From Bacteroidota bacterium (GTDB lineage Bacteria; Bacteroidota; Bacteroidia; Chitinophagales; Chitinophagaceae): DNA of 64,000 nt. Shown here one piece after another: positions 59,551 to 64,000 of the stretch; within the stretch, counting starts at the first letter, position 1; each line of letters opens with the position of its first letter. Location of the stretch: NCBI GenBank assembly GCA_039805185.1, contig JBDLUU010000081.1:11766-75765 (forward strand). The letters run 5' to 3'. Position numbers and translations under genes: made by a program. The notes below the pieces were generated by a model. It was not told the origin of the DNA. It saw only the letters and a program-made list of their open reading frames with translations, and ran no database searches.

Positions 59551-61956
59551 ATGACTAAACCGGTTCGTATATTCTGGCGCATATTTTTTGGAGGTTTTGC
59601 CTTCGTTATCATTTTGCTGGCCATGTTAAATTTTGGCTGGATTGGCAGTATGCCAGATTTGGATGATATTGAAAATCCTACCGCTTCATTGGCTTCACAG
59701 GTTTATGCGGAAGACGGAACTTTAATGGGTAAATATTATATTGAAGACAGAATCAACGTTCAGTATAAAGACATCAGCAAACATATTATTGAAGCATTAA
59801 TAGCCACAGAAGACGAACGTTTTTATGAGCACAGCGGAATAGATGCCCGTTCTTTGGGGAGAGCCATTTTTTATCTGGGAAGTGAAGGCGGCGCCAGTAC
59901 CATTACCATGCAAACGGCTAAAAACCTTTTTACGGAAAACTGGAGCACAAAGAATTTTATACTAAGGGCGCTGCAAAAAATCAAAGAAGGTATCATCGCC
60001 ATTAAGCTGGAAAGAAATTTCACTAAAGAAGAAATCATTACCCTGTATCTGAATACTGTTGCCTACAGTGATAATGTATATGGAATCAGAAATGCATCCA
60101 AAACATTCTTTCAGAAAGAACCTGACCGGGTGAATGTAGAAGAAGCAGCCGTGTTAATAGGCATGCTGAAAGGTGCAACGCTGTACAATCCCAGAAGAAA
60201 TCCAAAATTATCACTTGACAGAAGAAACACGGTATTGAGTCAGATGGTAAGAAATAATTACCTGGATCCTAAACAGGCAGAAATTTTAAAAAGACAACCC
60301 ATTGAACTCAACTACAAGAAACTGGATGAAACAACCGGTCTTGGCCCCTATTTCAGAATGATTCTGGGCGAAGAAATGAAGAAGTGGTGCAAGGAAAATA
60401 CAAAGAACAATGGCGACCAATACGACTTGTACAGAGACGGATTAAAAATATATACTACCATTAATCCTCGCATGCAATTGTATGCAGAAGAAGCCGTAGC
60501 CAAACATATGAGCTACATGCAAAAATTATTCAACACACAGGAAAATATCAGAACAGGAAGTATCTGGAAAGGATTTGAGCCGATACTTGAACAGGCAATC
60601 AAACAAACAGATCGCTGGAAGAACCTAAAAAGAGAAGGCTTAACGGATGAAGAAAACCTGCGCACTTTTCATGAAAAGGTACCCATGCGTGTTTTTGCCT
60701 GGAACAGCAACAGGGGTGTTGATACGGTTATGACTCCCTTTGATTCTATTAAATACCATAAACAAATGTTGCAGGCTGGCTTTATGGTAATGGATCCGCT
60801 GAACGGACAAATTAAAGCCTGGGTAGGAGGAATTGATTTCAAAACCTTTAAATACGACCACGCCAACATCAATACCAAAAGACAGGTGGGTAGTACCATC
60901 AAACCATTATTGTACAGCTTAGCTATTGAAGAAGCCGGACTGAATCCCAATTCACCGGTACAGGACGTTCAGCAGAATTTTGGACAATATGGTCTGGTGC
61001 CTGCTACTTCCAAAACCTGTACAGGAGCCACCATTCCCATGGCGATTGCACTGGCTAAATCCAGAAACTGCGCATCTGCCTACATTATGAAGCAACTGGA
61101 CAATACAGCCAATAATGGAGCAAAAAGATTCGTAGAATTCCTGGAGAAGTGTGAGCTCAAAACCAAGATAGACCCCTATCCTTCTATTGCATTGGGAGCC
61201 TGTGAAATCTCTTTGATAGAAATGATGCAGGCATACAGTATGTTCCCTGGCAGAGGCTTCAATGCCAAGCCCATGTATATAACCAGAATAGAAGACCGGA
61301 ATGGAAATGTATTAGCCACTTTTACGCCACAACGTAAAGAAGTGATCAATGATGTTACTGCTTATTCCGTAATTAAAATGATGCAGGGTGTATTAACCAA
61401 CGGTACGGGTGCTGGTATATGGGGCTATGGATTACCTGCGGGATTACAGATGGCTGGTAAAACAGGTACTACCAACAACAACAGTGACGCCTGGTTTATG
61501 GGCTATACACCACAATATCTTGCAGGGGGCTGGGTTGGTTGCGACGATCGTTTTATTCGTTTCAACAGCAAAAATGGTGAGGGTGGAAGAGCCGCTATGC
61601 CAATCTGGGCTTACTTCTTCAGTAAAGCTGCTGCAGATCCCAATTGTGGCATCGACACAAAATTGAGCTTTGTTAAACCGGAAGTAATGAGCAATGATAT
61701 CATCATTGACTATATTAACGGAACCAATCAGATACTGGGTGGAGAAGGAGAAGATATGGGGGCAGGCACATCAGAAGATTATGAGATTCCCAAAAACATC
61801 AAACCGGAAGAACTGGGTGCAGAATCAGATTTAATTATTGACAATAAGAAGCCGGCAACCCCTCCTGCAGTTCCAGCCAATAATCAACCTAAGCCTACGG
61901 ATAAGCCGAAAGCAGTTTTACCTCCTCCGGTTAAAAAACCAGGTGGGAATAAGTAA
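59551..61956 (+). CDS. Class A penicillin-binding protein (PBP1A)
   Basis: Transglycosylase EDERFYEH, GASTITMQ; transpeptidase STIK, SRN, KTG. Confidence 0.93.
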   Translation: MTKPVRIFWRIFFGGFAFVIILLAMLNFGWIGSMPDLDDIENPTASLASQVYAEDGTLMGKYYIEDRINVQYKDISKHIIEALIATEDERFYEHSGIDARSLGRAIFYLGSEGGASTITMQTAKNLFTENWSTKNFILRALQKIKEGIIAIKLERNFTKEEIITLYLNTVAYSDNVYGIRNASKTFFQKEPDRVNVEEAAVLIGMLKGATLYNPRRNPKLSLDRRNTVLSQMVRNNYLDPKQAEILKRQPIELNYKKLDETTGLGPYFRMILGEEMKKWCKENTKNNGDQYDLYRDGLKIYTTINPRMQLYAEEAVAKHMSYMQKLFNTQENIRTGSIWKGFEPILEQAIKQTDRWKNLKREGLTDEENLRTFHEKVPMRVFAWNSNRGVDTVMTPFDSIKYHKQMLQAGFMVMDPLNGQIKAWVGGIDFKTFKYDHANINTKRQVGSTIKPLLYSLAIEEAGLNPNSPVQDVQQNFGQYGLVPATSKTCTGATIPMAIALAKSRNCASAYIMKQLDNTANNGAKRFVEFLEKCELKTKIDPYPSIALGACEISLIEMMQAYSMFPGRGFNAKPMYITRIEDRNGNVLATFTPQRKEVINDVTAYSVIKMMQGVLTNGTGAGIWGYGLPAGLQMAGKTGTTNNNSDAWFMGYTPQYLAGGWVGCDDRFIRFNSKNGEGGRAAMPIWAYFFSKAAADPNCGIDTKLSFVKPEVMSNDIIIDYINGTNQILGGEGEDMGAGTSEDYEIPKNIKPEELGAESDLIIDNKKPATPPAVPANNQPKPTDKPKAVLPPPVKKPGGNK

Positions 61957-61960
61957 TGAG

Positions 61961-63559
61961 TCATTGGATTTTTATTAATCCGAATGCAGGATTGATATCA
62001 CCAGATGCCTTGTAAATCATATCAATGACAAAGCGGCCGTATCTGGCATAGAAGGAAGCCAGGTTTTCCTGTCTTTCCTGCAAACTGTTTCCTGGAAACA
62101 AAGCTTGTTTGATGGTTTGTATCTGATGAGCTGCGGTAGAAAAATTTCTTTTCTCTGCTCGCTTCATTTTCTTTTCGAGTTCAGTTATTTTTTTCAATGA
62201 TTGATGAGACAATGCGGTCACATGATCTCTCAGACTGGAATCAATCTGTGTTGCCATTTTACTTAACTGATCATAATATGCCTGCAATGCTGCTTTTTCT
62301 TTATCCAGATTAAGCTGGTGATCGGAATGTTTCTCTACATACTGACTGATCAGCTGATGCTCAGGGAGAAATAAATCTGCATCAGTAAGTTGCAGCGTTA
62401 ATTGCTTCTGTACAAGCTTAGCGGAAGAGATAGAAAAAGAATTTCTTAACAGCAACATGGGATAAGCTACCCCGGACTTTTCAAAAACCGTTTTTAACTC
62501 CAGCCAATAAGCCAGTTCTCCTCCCCCGCCTACAAAAACAATATTGGGTAAAATCGTTTCCTGAAAAGCACCGCGTAAAATCACATTCGGACTAAACCTT
62601 TCAGGATGTTCATGTAATTCCTGCAATATGGTTGCTTCGGCAAACTGCAAATTCAAGGAAGGAACTGTATACATATTGCCTTCCTTTTCAATTCGCTCTC
62701 GCTTATCATCAATTAAATAAAACAGATTGAGGGGTCTGCCGGCAGCCTGAACCTTGTAATACTTCTCCAGACTTTGAATAGTTGCAGATACCGCTTTATG
62801 AGAGAACTGTTCTGTAAGCTCTTTCGCCATTACTGGAACAAACAACTTTTTTAACAAAGGTTGATCAGGAATCAATACAACCAACCCATAGTGACCGAAC
62901 AAAGCATGCACAATGGACAATGTAGCTTCCTGAATGGTCTTCCCATTGGTATAACATTTTCTTAATTGCTGTACCCATTCTTCCCCATTAGGCAAAACAC
63001 CTATCTGACCCGCGATGGATTCAATTAAAGACAGTAATTGCTTGTCTACTTTCATCCTTCCTACTGCTCCGGATTGCTTTGTATCCCAGCTCCATCTTGC
63101 TCCATCAATATTTACAAACCCCAACTCATCCAGATCGGCATCCTCACTTCCCATGTAAAAAACCGGTACAAATTTTTTATCCGGATACTTTGCAGAAAAT
63201 ACTTCTGCCAGCTTAATTACATGCAGTATTTTATAAATAAAATACATGGGGCCGGTAAATAAATTAGGCTGGTGTGCCGTAGTAATGGTATAAGTAGCCG
63301 AATCTTTCAGCAATGCAATATTCCTGGAAACGGCTTCTGTGTTTTCCTGTCCGGCATATTGCTGCAGCAAAGCCTCTGTTAGCACTTCTCTGTTAACCGG
63401 ATGGCGATCCCTTGATAGCATGGATGTCTCCACTCCTTGCCAATTGTGCTCATGCAAATAAAAGGGTCTGATATTTTCGTGTTGCTGAAGATAAGCTTCT
63501 ACAATCTTTGAAAAATAACCGGTACTCTCAAATGGCAAATACGTCGTGCTACAATCCAT
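61961..63559 (-). CDS. bshC: Bacillithiol biosynthesis cysteine-adding enzyme
   Basis: TTAHQPNLFTGPMY, FYMGSEDAD, FSPNVILR, VGGGGELAYW, LQERQEN. Confidence 0.93.
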   Translation of the reverse strand: MDCSTTYLPFESTGYFSKIVEAYLQQHENIRPFYLHEHNWQGVETSMLSRDRHPVNREVLTEALLQQYAGQENTEAVSRNIALLKDSATYTITTAHQPNLFTGPMYFIYKILHVIKLAEVFSAKYPDKKFVPVFYMGSEDADLDELGFVNIDGARWSWDTKQSGAVGRMKVDKQLLSLIESIAGQIGVLPNGEEWVQQLRKCYTNGKTIQEATLSIVHALFGHYGLVVLIPDQPLLKKLFVPVMAKELTEQFSHKAVSATIQSLEKYYKVQAAGRPLNLFYLIDDKRERIEKEGNMYTVPSLNLQFAEATILQELHEHPERFSPNVILRGAFQETILPNIVFVGGGGELAYWLELKTVFEKSGVAYPMLLLRNSFSISSAKLVQKQLTLQLTDADLFLPEHQLISQYVEKHSDHQLNLDKEKAALQAYYDQLSKMATQIDSSLRDHVTALSHQSLKKITELEKKMKRAEKRNFSTAAHQIQTIKQALFPGNSLQERQENLASFYARYGRFVIDMIYKASGDINPAFGLIKIQ

Positions 63560-63583
63560 ATCGGCTGTAAAAATACAAATGTT

Positions 63584-64000
63584 TTAAGCAAATCGGTCAG
63601 GACTGAATGGAGTAATATCCATACTCGGCGATTTCCCGTTAATGATTTCGCTCACCAGTTTTCCGGTTCCTGCTCCCAGACTCAAGCCAATCATGGAGTG
63701 CCCGGTTGCAAGGGTCAGATTCTCCCATTTGCGGGTTCTGCCAATGTAAGGAAGACCATCTGCGGAACAGGGTCTGTAACCATACCAGATATTTTCAACA
63801 GGTGGCATCTCTATTTTCAAATCGGTATACACAGATTGAACTGCAGACAGAATCCCTTTAACGCGATTCATTCTGGGTGGTGTGTTAGTTGAAGTAATTT
63901 CCATCGTACCGCCAAACCGGATTTTATTTCCGTCCATGGGAGTCAATGCCACCCTGCCTTCTACCAATACACTGGGATGATTGATTCGGTATGGGGAGTT
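63584..64000 (-). CDS. FAD-dependent D-amino acid dehydrogenase (DadA-like), 5'-truncated by window edge
   Basis: RFGGTME, WYGYRPCSADGLPYIG, ATGHSMIGLSLGAGTG; frame open to nt 64000. Confidence 0.88.
   Translation of the reverse strand, partial: NSPYRINHPSVLVEGRVALTPMDGNKIRFGGTMEITSTNTPPRMNRVKGILSAVQSVYTDLKIEMPPVENIWYGYRPCSADGLPYIGRTRKWENLTLATGHSMIGLSLGAGTGKLVSEIINGKSPSMDITPFSPDRFA

Noticed and set aside
324-63892. Numerous 60-190 aa ORFs on opposite strands or frames (e.g. 23714-24292, 34831-35241, 38949-39392, 41639-42055)
   Set aside because: They lie within well-supported genes, show no motifs, and are best explained as shadow ORFs

Overview
Chromosomal, mostly housekeeping segment of a Bacteroidota bacterium, most consistent with Chitinophagaceae/Sediminibacterium-like. 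This is inferred from TAnnTTTG promoter boxes, the lack of Shine-Dalgarno sites, PorW/SprE, BshC and a TSP3-OmpA. About 65 intact, tightly packed CDS cover peptidoglycan recycling and synthesis (sugar kinase-murQ, namZ, murB, rlpA, PBP1A), hutU, etfBA, ispE, priA, miaA/miaE, CCA enzyme, dapD, an aromatic amino acid cluster (pheA-aminotransferase-tyrA-DEAD helicase-DAHP synthase/CM-aroB-aroA-aroC), lipB, rluD, sucC and bshC. I saw no rRNA, tRNA, CRISPR array, transposase or prophage. The most interesting area is 44.1-46.5 kb. (i) An unannotated 28-aa leader peptide with ten consecutive aromatic codons and terminator/antiterminator pairing sits ahead of pheA. (ii) An ECF sigma module carries two back-to-back copies of GGGTTAC-N14-CGTATTAA. 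One points into the ECF gene and its anti-sigma-like/trypsin-protease partner. The other points into a 59-aa lipoprotein made of D-T-A glycosylation-sequon repeats with a structured 3' UTR. Also present are a M42-GATase-ATP-grasp gene run of unknown product and three decaying genes (YghX-type hydrolase, ChaN-type protein with a microhomology deletion, receiver-domain remnant). All product calls come from motif recognition, not database searches.
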